From: the human T2T-CHM13v2.0 reference genome, Homo sapiens | Assembly: GCF_009914755.1 (NCBI RefSeq) | Contig: NC_060947.1 | Reading direction: 5' to 3' (one strand) | DNA: 64,000 nt | Shown here: piece after piece, positions 1 to 33,949 of the stretch | How the letters are laid out: each line of letters starts with the position of its first letter | Numbering within the stretch: position 1 is the stretch's first letter | Program-made: the position numbers and the translations under genes | The notes under the pieces: generated by a model | Seen by the model: the letters and a program-made list of their open reading frames with translations, nothing else | Database searches by the model: none | What the model was told of the DNA's origin: nothing

Positions 1-15
1 CAGAGTGAGGAGGGT

Positions 16-5355
<5,340 letters not shown>

Positions 5356-6100
5356 CTACTTTAAATAATGAGTAGAAAAACTAAGCACAAGATCAACAAG
5401 GAAATAGAAGATTTGAACCACATTATAAACTAATTATATTTAATAGACAGCTACAGAACCCACCAATCATGCTTCTTAACTGCATGTGGAACATTCTCTA
5501 GGATAAACCATATGCAATAAGCCTCATTTTAATATAAAGGTTTGAAATAATATAAAGTATATTTTCTAAATATGGAATGAAATTAGAAAATAACAGAAGA
5601 AACTTTGGGAAATTCAAAAATACATGGAAAGTAAACAACATACTCTTTAATAAACAATGCTTCAAAGAAAAATTCACAAGAGAAACAAGAAAATACTTGG
5701 ACATGAAGAAAAGGGAGATATATCACCAAAATTTATCAGATCCAGCTAAAGAAGTACTGAGAGGGAAATTTATAGCTATAAATGTCTTCATTACAAAAGA
5801 AAGCTCTCAAATCAATAACCTAAACTTCAACCTTAAGACACTGGAAAAAGAAGAGCAAACTAAACTTTAAAGAAGCAGATAGAAGGAAAAATAGAGATTA
5901 GAGTGGAAATTAATTAAATATAATATATAGAAATACATAGAACAATAAACAATAACAGCAAAAGTTGGTTCTTTAAAAATTAACAAAATTCACAAACCTT
6001 TAGTTAGATTGATCACAAAAAAGAAGGAACAGTCAAATTCCTAAAATTAGAAATGAAAGAAGACACATTATTTCCAACCTGATAGAAATAAAATGGACTT

Positions 6101-9900
<3,800 letters not shown>

Positions 9901-10545
9901 CCAAAAATACTCAGTCAACTTTTTTTTTTCAGAAATTTATTTGCTGATTCTAAAATTCATATGAAAATTCAAGGGACCCAGAATAGCTAAACGACCTCAA
10001 GAAAGAGGAACAGAATGGAGTGGAGCTCAGAGCTGTGGAGAGGAATGAAGCTGAGCAGCTGGGTTAGCCTGGCCAAACCAGTGGAGCACAGACGTGGGTC
10101 AAGCGCTGGTGAACATATGCTTTTGACACATTAGAGACTTTTTTGATCATGGATGATGAACATATACCAGATTTTTCAAGTTTAAAGGATGAAACTGCTT
10201 ATTGGAAGGAAATGTCCTTGAAGTACAAACATAGCTTCCAGGAAGCTTGAGATGAGCTAGTTGAATTTCAGGAAGGAAGCAGAGATTTAGAAGCAGACTT
10301 GGCAGCACAATTAGCACAGCCTGAACAAAGAAATAGAGACTTGCAACTTTATAGCCAAAGTCTGAAATATGAAGTGGAGGCATTGAAGGAGAAACCAGAA
10401 CATCAATATGCGCAGAGCTACAAGCAGGTCTCAATATCAGATGATTTAAGTCAGATGTGGGCCATTAAGGTGTGGTTGCTTAAGTATGTGAGAGAGCTGG
10501 AACAGGCCAATGATGACCCGTAGCAAGCAAAAAGGGCAATAATAG

Positions 10546-10851
<306 letters not shown>

Positions 10852-10880
10852 GGGCAATAATAGTTTCACTAAAAGACGTT

Positions 10881-11190
<310 letters not shown>

Positions 11191-11526
11191 TAAAAGATGA
11201 AGCAAGAGATTTAAGGGCAAGAACTAGCAGTTCAGGAAAGCAAGTAACCAGAAAGTTGGCTCCTACTTCTCCAACTCTAGATGGTGAAAAGATAGATTCC
11301 ACTGTCCAGGGATCACTCTTTTTGCCAGCCACTCCTATTGGCAAAGGAAAGGAAAACAGTTTTCCTTCCCGAAAGCTACACTAAGTGGTTTTGGTACCAG
11401 TCCACTAACTCCTGCTGGGCTATCAGCATTAACGACCATGGGGGATCTCTTAGGAAAATTAGGGACTTTACAATCCTAATTAGCAGCTTGCAGAAATTTT
11501 GCAAAGGACCAAACATGAAAGTCCTA

Positions 11527-12197
<671 letters not shown>

Positions 12198-13249
12198 TCA
12201 CATTTCCTACATTGTTCATAATGCAGTAAACGGCTTTAATCCAGCTCCTCCTTCTCCTGGTCTGCACTCCTCATGCCTGCTGCCAGCACCGGGTATGCTG
12301 CCTTTCAGTGTGAGTGCTTGGCCTCCAAGTGGGGGCTCTTGCCCTCCTCCAACAACCCAATACGCCCATGCCTCACCCCTTGGTGCCGGGGCCCAGCCCC
12401 ATGCCCCTCCAACTGCCTTCCCGCCGCTGGCAGGGGGCTGGCTGCATGCAGCGGCGGCTGCTGGGCCCTGCCTAGCCCCAGGACTCTGCACAATATCAAT
12501 ACTGGCTATTTTCTCTTCTTACCATAGTGAAGTTGGCTTCATATGATTGCACTTGTGTGGGTCACAAGGTGATGCATCTGTGTATTACTTGGTCACTGGA
12601 TGGAGAAGTACCCATTCATCACACCTGCTTCATAGCCCCCACTCTGCTGTACTGACAGGATTTAGTTGTGTTAGGACATTGCAAATCTTCTAGAAGTTCT
12701 CCACCAAATCAGGTCAATGTGTGCCTTCTTTCTGAGCTCCCACTCAAGCATCTTCAGTGCTCATGATCATGTGTCCCCCAGCTCCACCCCTCACTGTTCG
12801 GGCCTGTTTCTGGCAAAAAGTCAGGAAGGTTACTGAATTAGAGAAAATTTTCTGGACCTTCTGATTTTACTTAAGCAGTTACCATTCCATGGACTTGCCT
12901 CCTAAAGCAGCAAAATGCCTGTCAGAGCCCCAGATGGCAGGAGCCTCTGGGGCCTGGGCACACAGACTAAGCCTCTGTGCTGTCTTCTTCTCTGTGTGCC
13001 TCAGACTCGGTGGGTGGAGAGCTGGCAGGCAACCTCTCACCAGCTTTCCAGTCCTTCAGGTCTATGACATCTTCAGACCTTTTTTCTCCTCTGAGGGCTA
13101 GCCCAGTTAGTTTTGGAAGGGTTGAGTAGCCTGACTCCAGGGCTGGCTGGTGCCGGCTCCTGGGGGGCGGACTCACCAAAAGTGGTTGTCTCTGTGCATT
13201 GCTTGATCACTGTCATGCTGCATTTAGTGTTTACATTTGCTTCATTGTA

Positions 13250-13760
13250 TTGGGTTGGTGCAAAAGTAATTGCAGTTTTGCCATTACTTTTAATAAATGA
13301 AATTCATTTTTAGAAAGTGAACTTCATGAAAATGAATGTTGTTAAACCAAACACCGCATGTTCTCACTCATAGGTGGGAATTGAACAATGAGAACACTTG
13401 GACACAGGAAGGGGAACATCACACACTGGGGCCTGTCGTGGGGCGGGGGGAAAGGGGAGAGATAGCATTAGGAGATATACTTAATGTAAATGATGAGTTA
13501 ATGGGTGCAGCACACCAACATGGCACATGTATACATATGTAACAAACCTGCACGTTGTGCACATGTACCCTAGAACTTAAAATATAATTTAAAAAATATA
13601 TTAAAAAGTCAAAAAAAGTCTCAAATAATTAAATAAAGTCCTCCAGTATTTCTCATCCTCAAAAAAAAAAAAAAAAAGAAAATGAATGTTGTTGGTCTCT
13701 GTACAGAGTTTAAAAGATGAAGCAAGAGATTTAAGGGCAATTACTGTCGCACCAACTTAA
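13250..13760. mobile_element. MADE1 (Hsmar1-derived mariner MITE), split into a left part 13250-13294 and a right part 13737-13760
   Basis: ttgggttggtgcaaaagtaattgcagttttgccattacttttaat ... gcaattactgtcgcaccaacttaa, flanked by TA at 13248-49 and 13761-62; matches the recalled MADE1 consensus TIRs. Confidence 0.88.
13344..13677 (+). mobile_element. 5'-truncated L1PA (L1PA4/5-like) 3' end with a non-L1 tail
   Basis: L1 3' UTR (catgttctcactcataggtggg...catgtaccctagaacttaaa); 16-bp TSD gaaaatgaatgttgtt at 13328-13343 and 13678-13693. Confidence 0.9.
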
Positions 13761-14259
13761 TACACAGGTTTGTAAACATGACTAAGATATTTATATATAA
13801 CTTGTGTTTTATAGATTTTATTTATTCAGAACTCATACGGCATGTTAATGACTTACGATAGTGTCCTACTCTGGGCAGCTGTGTAGGATCATAACACGGT
13901 TAAAAAAACACTTCCCCTCAAAAAAAGTCTTTTAGTGTAGATACAATAAATTTCATAGAAAAAAAAGAGGAACAGAGTTGGAGAACTGACATTTTCTGAT
14001 TTTAAAATTCACTAGAAAAGTACAACAATGAAAACTGTGTTGTTTTGGCATAAGAATAGACATATAGATCAATGGAATTTAATTGAGAGTTCTGAAATAA
14101 ACCTTTACTTTGATGGTCAGTTGATTTCAACAAGGATACCAAAACAATTCACAGGAGAAAATAAGTAGTGTTTTCAACAAATGATGTTGGAATAACTGGA
14201 TATCCAGCTGCAAAAGTTGAACTTAGACCTTATCTTATACCATATGTGAAAGTTAACTC

Positions 14260-14983
14260 GGCGGCCCCGTCTGGGAAGTGAGGAGCACCTCTGCCCAGCC
14301 GTCCCGTCTGGGAAGTGGGGAGCGCCTCTGCCCGGCCGCCCCGTCTGGGAAGTAAGGAGCGCCTCTGCCCGGCTGTCCATCATCTGGGATGTGAGGAGTG
14401 CCTCTGCCCGGCCGCCCCATCTGGGAGGTGTACCCAACAGCTCCGAAGAGACAGTGACCATCGAGAATGGGCCATGATGACGATGGAGGTTTTGTCGAAA
14501 AGAAAAGGGAGAAATGTGGGGAAAAGAAAGATCAGATTGTTACTGTGCCTGTGTAGAAACAAGTAGACATAGGAGACTCCATTTTGTTCTGTACTAAGAA
14601 AAATTCTTCTGCCTTGGGATGCTGTTAATCTATAACCTTACCCCCAACCCCGTGCTCTCTGAAACATGTGCTGTGTCAACTCAGCATTAAATGGATTAAG
14701 GGCAGTGCAAGATGTGCTTTGTTAAACAGATGCTTGAAGGCAGCATGCTCGTTAAGAGTCATCACCACTCCCTAATCTCAAGTACCCAGGGACACAAACA
14801 CTGTGGAAGGCCACAGGGACCTCTGCCTAGGAAAACCAGAGATCTTTGTTCACATGTTTATCTGCTGACCTTCTCTCTGCTATTATCCTATGACCCTGCC
14901 ACATCCCCCTCTCCGAGAAACACCCAAGAATGATCAATAAATACTAAAAAAAAAAAAAAGAGCTTATCAATCAGAAAAAAAGA
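14260..14983 (+). mobile_element. 5'-truncated SVA (SVA_A/B-like): partial VNTR plus SINE-R
   Basis: VNTR units ccccgtctgggaagtgaggagc; SINE-R gtagacataggagactccattttg...tgatcaataaatact followed by poly(A). TSD gaaagttaac(t/c)c at 14248-14259 and 14984-14995. Confidence 0.92.
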
Positions 14984-15171
14984 GAAAGTTAACCCAAAAT
15001 CATAATAAACCTAAAAGTAAGTGCTAAAACCATAAAATTTTCAGAGGAAAATATAACTACAAATCTTCATGACCTTAGATTAGGTATGATACCAAAAGCA
15101 CAAGCAACAAAAGATAACCAATAAATCAGGATTCATCAAAATTAAAAATTAAATATCAAAATTAAAAATAC

Positions 15172-15631
15172 TGCCATGTTTTATATGTGTCTCTAAAAGT
15201 TTATGTGTCAGAAACTCTTTTTTTTTGAGACAGAATCTCACTCTGTCACCCAGGCTGGAGTGCAGTGGTGCCACTATGACTCATTGAGCTCACCTGGAAT
15301 TCCAGGTGTCAGCCACTGTGCCTAGCCTATGTATTGGAAACTTAATCCTTCTTCCCTCATGAATGGATTAATGTCACTATCATGGGAGTGGGCTTGTTAT
15401 CATGAGAGTGGCTTTGCTATAAAAGCAAGCTTTCTGTGGCCTCTTGCTCTTGTCCTCTAGCCATGTGATGCCCTCTGCCATGTTATGACACAGTAAGAAG
15501 GCCCTCACCAGATGCTGGTGCAATGCTCTTGGACTCCCTAGCCTCCAGAACCATGAACTAAATAAACGTATTTTCTTTATAAATTACCCAGTCTGTGGTA
15601 TTGTTATAGCAACAGAAAACGAACTAAGATA
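15172..15631 (+). mobile_element. MaLR MST-type solo LTR, containing an Alu fragment at ~15217-15327
   Basis: gccatgtgatgcc...aaggccctcaccagatgc...cctccagaaccatg...ttataaattacccagtctgtggtatt...actaagata; near-TSD aatac/gatac. Confidence 0.8.
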
Positions 15632-16694
15632 GATACTATAAAGAAGTTGAAAAAGCAACCCACAAAATGAGAGAAAATATTTGCAAAGCGTATTTCTGAT
15701 AAGAAACATGTACCTATAATATATAAGGAACTCTTAAAAACTCAGCAATAAAAAGACTACTCAATTTAAAATAGGTAAAGAATTTGAATAGATATCTCTC
15801 CAAAGAAGCTACATAAATTGTCAATAAGGAAATGAAAAGATGCTCAACACCATGTAATTGTGATATCTGTGACATTTGTGAAATGCAAATCAAATCCAAA
15901 ATTATATATCACTTCACACCCACTAGGATGACTATAATTAAAAATATATGCAATAACAAATGTTGGTAATGATGTGAAAAAAATTGAAGGCTTCATACAT
16001 TGCTAGTGGAAATGTAAAATGGCATAGCTATTTTGGTAAATGGCTTGAAAGTTCCTCAAAAGGTTAAACATGGAGTAACCATAAGACCCAGCAATTTCAC
16101 TCCTAGATACATACTCAAGAGAAATGAAAACTTATGTCCATGTACTACATGCAAAAGTTCACAGCAGCATTACTCATAATAGCTGAAAAATGGAAATAAC
16201 CCAATGTTCATGAGCTGATGAATGGATAAGCAAAATATGGCATGTCTGTACAATGGAATATTATTCAGCTTTAAAAAGGAATTAAATGCTACATTCATGC
16301 TATAGCATGGATGAAACTTGAAAACACTATGCTAAGTGAAAGAAGCCCACATATTTTATGATTCTATTTATATAAAATGTCCAGAACAGGCAAATGTATG
16401 GAGACAGAAAATAAGTTAGTAGTTTCCCAGGGCTGGTGGTGGGCAATGGGGGATTTGAGGATGATGGTTAAGGGGTGCAGAGCTCTTGTCTGGGACAATG
16501 AAAGTGTTATAAAATTGATTGTGGTGATAGATGCATATCTCTGTGAATATATCAAATATCAGTCAATTGCACACTTGAAAGGAGTGAATCATAGGACATG
16601 TGAATTATATCGCAATAAAGCTGTTACAAAACCCCTGAAGTTTCATTTATTTGCTTAGTTTTTCCAGGGAAGACATCAAACTCAGAATTAATTT

Positions 16695-17702
<1,008 letters not shown>

Positions 17703-17704
17703 TG

Positions 17705-21269
<3,565 letters not shown>

Positions 21270-21484
21270 TGATTCTCTGAGAGTTTTAAAGATATTTTTA
21301 CATAGTCATTGTTCTGATGAGGTTTCCTAAATTCTCTTGGGTCAGTTTGAACACTTAAATTTTTCTAAGAAACAGTCTATCTCCTTGATGCTTTCAAACT
21401 TATTTGCATAGATTTGTACATAGCACTTTCATGTAAATTAAAAATAAAAACCAATTTTCCATTATTATTCTTGGCCTAAATTTC

Positions 21485-21517
<33 letters not shown>

Positions 21518-22245
21518 CTTTAAGTTTTAGGGTACATGTGCACAATGTGCAGGTTAGTTACATATGTATACATGTGCCATGTTGGTGTGCTGCACCCATT
21601 AACTCGTCATTTAGCATTAGGTATATCTCCTAATGCTATCCCTCCCCCCTCCCCCCACCCTGCAACAGTCCCCAGAGTGTGATGTTCCCCTTCCTGTGTC
21701 CATGTGTTCTCATTGTTCAATTCCCATGTATAAGTGAGAACATGCGGTGTTTGGTTTTTTGTCCTTGCGATAGTTTACTGAGAATGATGATTTCCAGTTT
21801 CATCCATGTCCCTACAAAGGACATGAACTCATCCTTTTTTATGGCTGCATAGTATTCCATGGTGTATATGTGCCACATTTTCTTAATCCACTCTATCATT
21901 GTTGGACATTTAGGTTGGTTCCAAGTCTTTGCTATTGTGAATAGTGCCACAATAAACATACGTGTGCATGTGTCTTTATAGCAGCATGATTTATAGTCCT
22001 TTGGGTATATACCCAGTAATGGGATGGCTGGGTGAAATGGTATTTCTAGTTCTAGATCCCTGAGGAATCGCCACACTGACTTCCACAATGGTTGAACTAG
22101 TTTACAGTCCCACCAACAGTGTAAAAGTGTTTCTATTTCTCCACATCCTCTCCAGCACCTGTTGTTTCCTGACTTTTTAATGATTGCCATTCTAACTGGT
22201 GTGAGATGGTATCTCATTGTGGTTTTGATTTGCATTTCTCTGATG
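21485..22245 (-). mobile_element. 5'-truncated young L1PA (L1PA3-like) with an intact ORF2 C-terminus
   Basis: ORF 21717..22235 is the L1 ORF2p C-terminus (CWRGC...HCWW). (TTA)n tail; perfect 17-bp TSD ttcttggcctaaatttc at 21468-21484 and 22246-22262. Confidence 0.93.
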
Positions 22246-23320
22246 TTCTTGGCCTAAATTTCAATTCCATCTTTACCACTAACCAAATTTCCAAGCAATT
22301 TGGAGCAAATAATTTACCTCTTTGAAGTCTCATTTTCTTGCAAAATGGGAATAAGAATAAAACCTACCTCATAGAATTTTTGTGAAGATAAGGTACAAAA
22401 ATGTACGTGCAATTAGTTTGTAAAATAGTAGAGTTCATACAGATGTTAGTTAATATTTTTAATCTGCTTAAATGCAGTCATTTCATATATGTGAACTTTT
22501 CCTTTTAATCTTGAGATGTTATCCTTGAGTGGGAAGATATGGGATCAGACCTAGTATATAAGTGCCTTAGATAATACAGTTGATTGTGAGGAGAAATGGC
22601 AGAGAATGTGCTTATGGATGCTAACAAGTGGGTACATGTGGTGGTCAATAGAAGGTCTCTTTGGATTGCTTTTATTTTCTCAGTGAAGTAGGGGGCAAAG
22701 TTTTCATCTGAAATTCAGGATTGGAGAGGAGACATTGAAGTTTTGAGGAGAAAGAAGGTATGATATAATCTTTAGGTGAGTGGGCAAGTAAATGGACTTA
22801 AGAAATTTGTGTGATCACCAGGCAGCATTAAAGGTCTATGAAGCTTTGTGGTCCCTTAAAGTGAGACCAGTCAGCAAAGTTGTATGTTTTTCTCTGATTA
22901 CATTTAGCTGACGATGCAAACACGAAGTATACAGAGTGTTGGGTTTAACCAGGTCTGTATTCTTGCCAAATGAGTGCAATAAAAGCAAAAGACGGGTAAG
23001 GGAGTTGAGAATGTTGCAAAGAAACGATTGTGGTGATTGCCAGTGGAGTTTAAACTGAATAAAGAGAAAAAAGTGGACATCAGGGGGATGAAAGACAGTA
23101 AAACTGTGGCAAATCAGTGGATTGTAGGTCTCAGTAGGATCGAAGTGTAGGCGTGAGTTGGTCTTGTCTCTTTCCCTGAGCTTTTATTGCTTGCTTTTTC
23201 TTAGACCTCGTTTCACATACATTAAAGCTTTGTGCTTTTCTGAGAATCCACACATGGACAGAGGTAGGAAATGATTTGGAGGGCTGGACTGAAGAATTAA
23301 CTATATTTTAAATTTGTGTA

Positions 23321-27605
<4,285 letters not shown>

Positions 27606-28006
27606 GTCCTTCTTTTTGTTTCTTTTTCTTTTCTTTTCTTTTCTTCTTAATTCACAGAACGTGAAAAGGGCATCCTTAGCACTTGGACTTTTGTTCTCAT
27701 CTTTTTCTTCTTTTGGTGGCAAGATGGTTGTTGCATTCTTGCATCTCCAGATATCATGTCTATATTCAGGACAAGAAGATTGAGAGGAGTAAGCCATGCA
27801 AGCTGAGTGTGTGTCCTCTATTTAATAAAATAATTGCTTTCTCAGAAACCTGCCCATGTACAGGTCTGTTAAAGAATAAGGGGGACATGGATATTGGTAG
27901 GAAAATTCAATTCTTGTGTGTTCATTAGTCCTTCTATTTACATAATATTTATTACATAAATAGTATTTTTATAAGCTGCTTTTCTTTTTTAATGTACCAC
28001 TCACAT

Positions 28007-28396
28007 ATATCTTAGTCCATTTAGTGTTGTTATAACAGAATACCCGAGACCAGGTAGTTTATAAAGAAAAGAGGTTTATTTGGCTCATGATTCTGGTGAC
28101 TGGAAAGTTCAAGATTGAGCTTCTGCATCAGATGAGGGCCTCAGGCTGCTTCAACTCACTGTGGAAAGCAGAAGGAAAGCCAGTGTGTGTAAAGAGATCA
28201 CATGACAAAAAAGGAAGCAAGGGTGGGGAGGTGACAGGCTCTTTTTAACAGCCAGCTCTTGTGAGAATTAACAGAGTAATAACTCAAGCGCCCCAAGAGA
28301 GGGTATTAATCTACTCATGAGGAATCCACTGCCATGACCCAAACACCTCCCACCAGGTCCTATCTCCCAACATTGTCACATTGGGGATTAAATTTC
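28007..28396 (-). mobile_element. MaLR MST-type LTR, truncated
   Basis: tatcttagtccatt...tttataaagaaaagaggtttatttggctcatgattctgg...ccatgacccaaacacctcccaccagg...ggggattaaatttca. Confidence 0.8.
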
Positions 28397-28399
28397 ATT

Positions 28400-28401
28400 T
28401 T

Positions 28402-28433
<32 letters not shown>

Positions 28434-29168
28434 TTTTTTTTTTGAGACAGAGTCTCACTGTGTGGCTCATGTGGCTCAGGCCTGTAATCCTAGCATTTTG
28501 GGAGGCTGAGGTGGACGGATTGCCTGAGGTCAGGAGTTCGAGACCAACCTGGGCAACATGGCAAATCCCTGTCTCTACTAAAAATACAAAAAATTAGCCG
28601 GGTGCGGTGGCATGTGCCTGTAGTCCCAGCTACTCAGGAGGCTGAGGCAGGAGGATTTCTTGAACCCAGGAGTTTGAAGCTGCAGTGAGCAGAGATTGTA
28701 CTACTGCCCTCCAGCCTGGGTGACAGAGTGAGACTCCATCTCAAAAATACATAATAAAAAAAAGAAAGCAAATGTTAACTACTCTACTGAAAATGTTCAT
28801 GATTTGAAAGAGAGTAATTTATGTGGGCATACACAATGACAAATGTTGCTAGATATACTTGTAATTGAAAAAATAGGCCTGGTGTGGTGGCTCACGCCTG
28901 TAATCCCAGCACTTTGGGAGGTTGAGGCAGGTGGATCACCTAAGGTCAGGAGTTCGAGACCAGCCTGGCCAACATGGGGAAACTCCATCTCTACTAAAAA
29001 TACAAAAATCAGCTGGGTGTGGTGGTGGGTGTCTGTAATCCCAGCTACTCAGGAGGCTGAGACAGGAGAATCGCTTGAGCTCGGGTGGCAGAAGTTGCAG
29101 TGGCTGAGATTGTGCCATTGCACTCCAGCCTGGGTGACAGATCGAGACTCCATCTCAAGAAAAAAAAG
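28400..29168. mobile_element. Alu tail remnant 28400-28460(-) fused to Alu 28461-28760(+); Alu 28876-29168(+)
   Basis: Alu consensus similarity. Confidence 0.85.
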
Positions 29169-29798
29169 AGTTCAACCATTGTGGAAGACAGTGTGGTGAT
29201 TCCTCAAGGATCTAGGACTAGAAATACCACTTGACCCAGCCATCCCATTACTGGGTATATACCCAAAGGATTATAAATCATGCTGCTATAAAGACACATG
29301 CAGCATATGTTTTTCGCGGCACTATTCACAATAGCAAAGACTTGGAACCAACCCAAATATCCATCAATGATAGATTGGATTAAGAAAATGTGGCACATAT
29401 ACACCATGGAATACTATGCAGCCATAAAAAATGATGAGTTCATGTCCTTTGTAGGGACATGGATGAAGCTGGAAACCATCATTCTCAGCAAACTATCACA
29501 AGGACAAAAGACCAAACACTGCATGTTCTCACTCATAGGTGGGAATTGAAAAATGAGAACACTTGGACACAGGAAGGGGAACATCACACACTGGGGTCTG
29601 TTGTGGGGTGGGGGTAGTAGGGAGGGATAGCATTAGGAGGTATACCTAATGTAAATGACGAGTTAGTGGGTGTAGTACACCAACATGGCACATGTATACA
29701 TATGTAACAAACCTGCACGTTGTGCACATGTACCCTAGAACTTAAGTACAATAAAATAAATAAATAAATAAAAGAAAAAAAAAGAAAAAGAAAAAAAT
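29169..29798 (+). mobile_element. 5'-truncated L1PA (L1PA4/5-like) 3' end
   Basis: ORF 29298..29549 is the ORF2p C-terminus (KTWNQPK...HCMFSLIGGN); 3' UTR and A-rich tail follow. Confidence 0.92.
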
Positions 29799-30744
29799 AT
29801 TATGGCAATTCCTATTCTGTGAATTTGTTTATATGTTTCACATTGTTTTACCTTTAGAGGTACTTTGGAGTTTTTGTGAATTGCCTAATCCAAAAATATA
29901 GGGCACTCTGCTTCATCTCGTAATTATCTCCTACCCTGTTTGTTAGCTGAAAAGGCACCCAGGGAACCTGAATACTGACTGCATCCCCAATCACTTTATA
30001 ACCTAACCTCCTCCTAGCCCAGTGGCGACGCAATCTTTAGTCAGGGTGCTGAGAAAGCCCAGAGATGAGGTACATGGTAGGAGGTTAGGGAGATTGGTTA
30101 GGGAAATCTTCAGTGAAGTGAGAAAGGACTAGGGAATGGGGTAAGGGTAGGGAATTGGGTTGGGCCAAGGCAGGAATGGAGAAGGGAAAGAGGTAGAGGT
30201 AAATAGAGAGGTTAGGGAAGGATCTGTCAGTAATTTTTTGAGATTGAAGAGAAGCTATGGTTACACTAGGAAGGGTTAAGTGCACAGAGAAATGCTATAC
30301 TTATACAGAGAAGTGCTATACTTTGGAAAAGGCAAGTGCCAAGAAAAGAAAATGCTGAAAGTGGGAAACACATGTGGAGTTTTGTAGGGCTGTACGGTTG
30401 CTTGTGTGTTGGAGACTGAGGTTTAAGCTAGTGTTAATGGGTGAGAGTATTCAGTGGGACCAATGGCCTCAGGGAGAATGGAGCTGGCCTTTGTCCCAAG
30501 AGGAGGAAGAATCTAAAGACATTTTCAGGCACTTCCAGAACAGTGCTAAATAACAGTGGGGATAAAAGGTATTCTTGCCTTGTTCCTGGATTTAATGGGA
30601 ATACCAGGTATATCATGATGTTGGTTTTCGTTTGAGACAGATATTCTTTGTCATATTAAGTTGTCAGATTTTATTTGCTAACAGTTTGTTTAAGGTGTTT
30701 GTGTGTATGTATGTATGTGTGTGTGTGTGTGTATATATATATTT

Positions 30745-33072
<2,328 letters not shown>

Positions 33073-33949
33073 GGCCTGTCCTCCTCTTAACCTATCACCA
33101 AGGCTACCTTGAAATAAGTGGCCAAGAGGGCCAATAGATGAGGTTAGAAGGGGTAGAAGCGAGGGGCTTGTGGCTAGGGAGAAATAGCTAATTTTGGAGG
33201 TTGGCAAGGAAATAGCAGACGTTATCAATGGCCTCAGGGAAGTGGGACGGGAGGTAGTGATCTGGTAATCATGGGGTGGGAGGATGAGGTGAGAAGCTCA
33301 GGCTGGGGTTGGGACATTTGTACATGATATTCCCTTGCAATTGCAAAAAGATTTCATGTCTACTGGCTTAAATTTTAATATCACTTCCACCAGTATTTGT
33401 GCAAGTACTAAAATTGTGCTTGGTCTGAAGGGGAATTATCGTAAACAAAACAAAACAACAAACACCAAAAAAAAAAAAAAAAACACCTCCATTCGTTTGG
33501 AATTTTGTCCCTCCACATTCCACATTCTTCCTCCTTAAATTTACTACTTGGATTGCCTATCCAAAAATATAAAACACTTTTATTTCACAGCCATCCCCTG
33601 CCTTGTTGGTTAAATGCTTAACACCACCAAAGGGCACCCAGGTATCCTGGATGCTGATGCTGTCAACAATGGCTGCCCTGTCTGACTACATTTTAGCCTG
33701 GGGCCAACGTAAACTGGGACCAGAAATACCTTGAAAGCCCAAAAGGATGAGATAAGGAAAACAGGTTGGGACATGAAGACTATCTTTTAAGTTATTGTCA
33801 CAATAGTTACTCTCTTTTAGACCCTGAACATTTTCAGTACTTGCTCCAAATGGTTTAGCAACTTTTGAAGTGGGATTAACAAGTTTGGCCAATGAAGCTT
33901 CTTCCCTGCCCACCGCCAGAGGTGCTGGAGAAAAGTAATCCTGGAGGGT

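Noticed and set aside
10299-10523. 74-aa NDEL1-like coiled-coil ORF as a functional retrogene
   Set aside because: It starts at TTG after an in-frame TGA (10248), ends in a premature stop, and the downstream frame is broken by Alus and frameshifts.
21717-22235. Intact 172-aa ORF as a domesticated gene
   Set aside because: It is the C-terminus of L1 ORF2p in a young, 5'-truncated, promoterless copy; its youth explains why it is intact.
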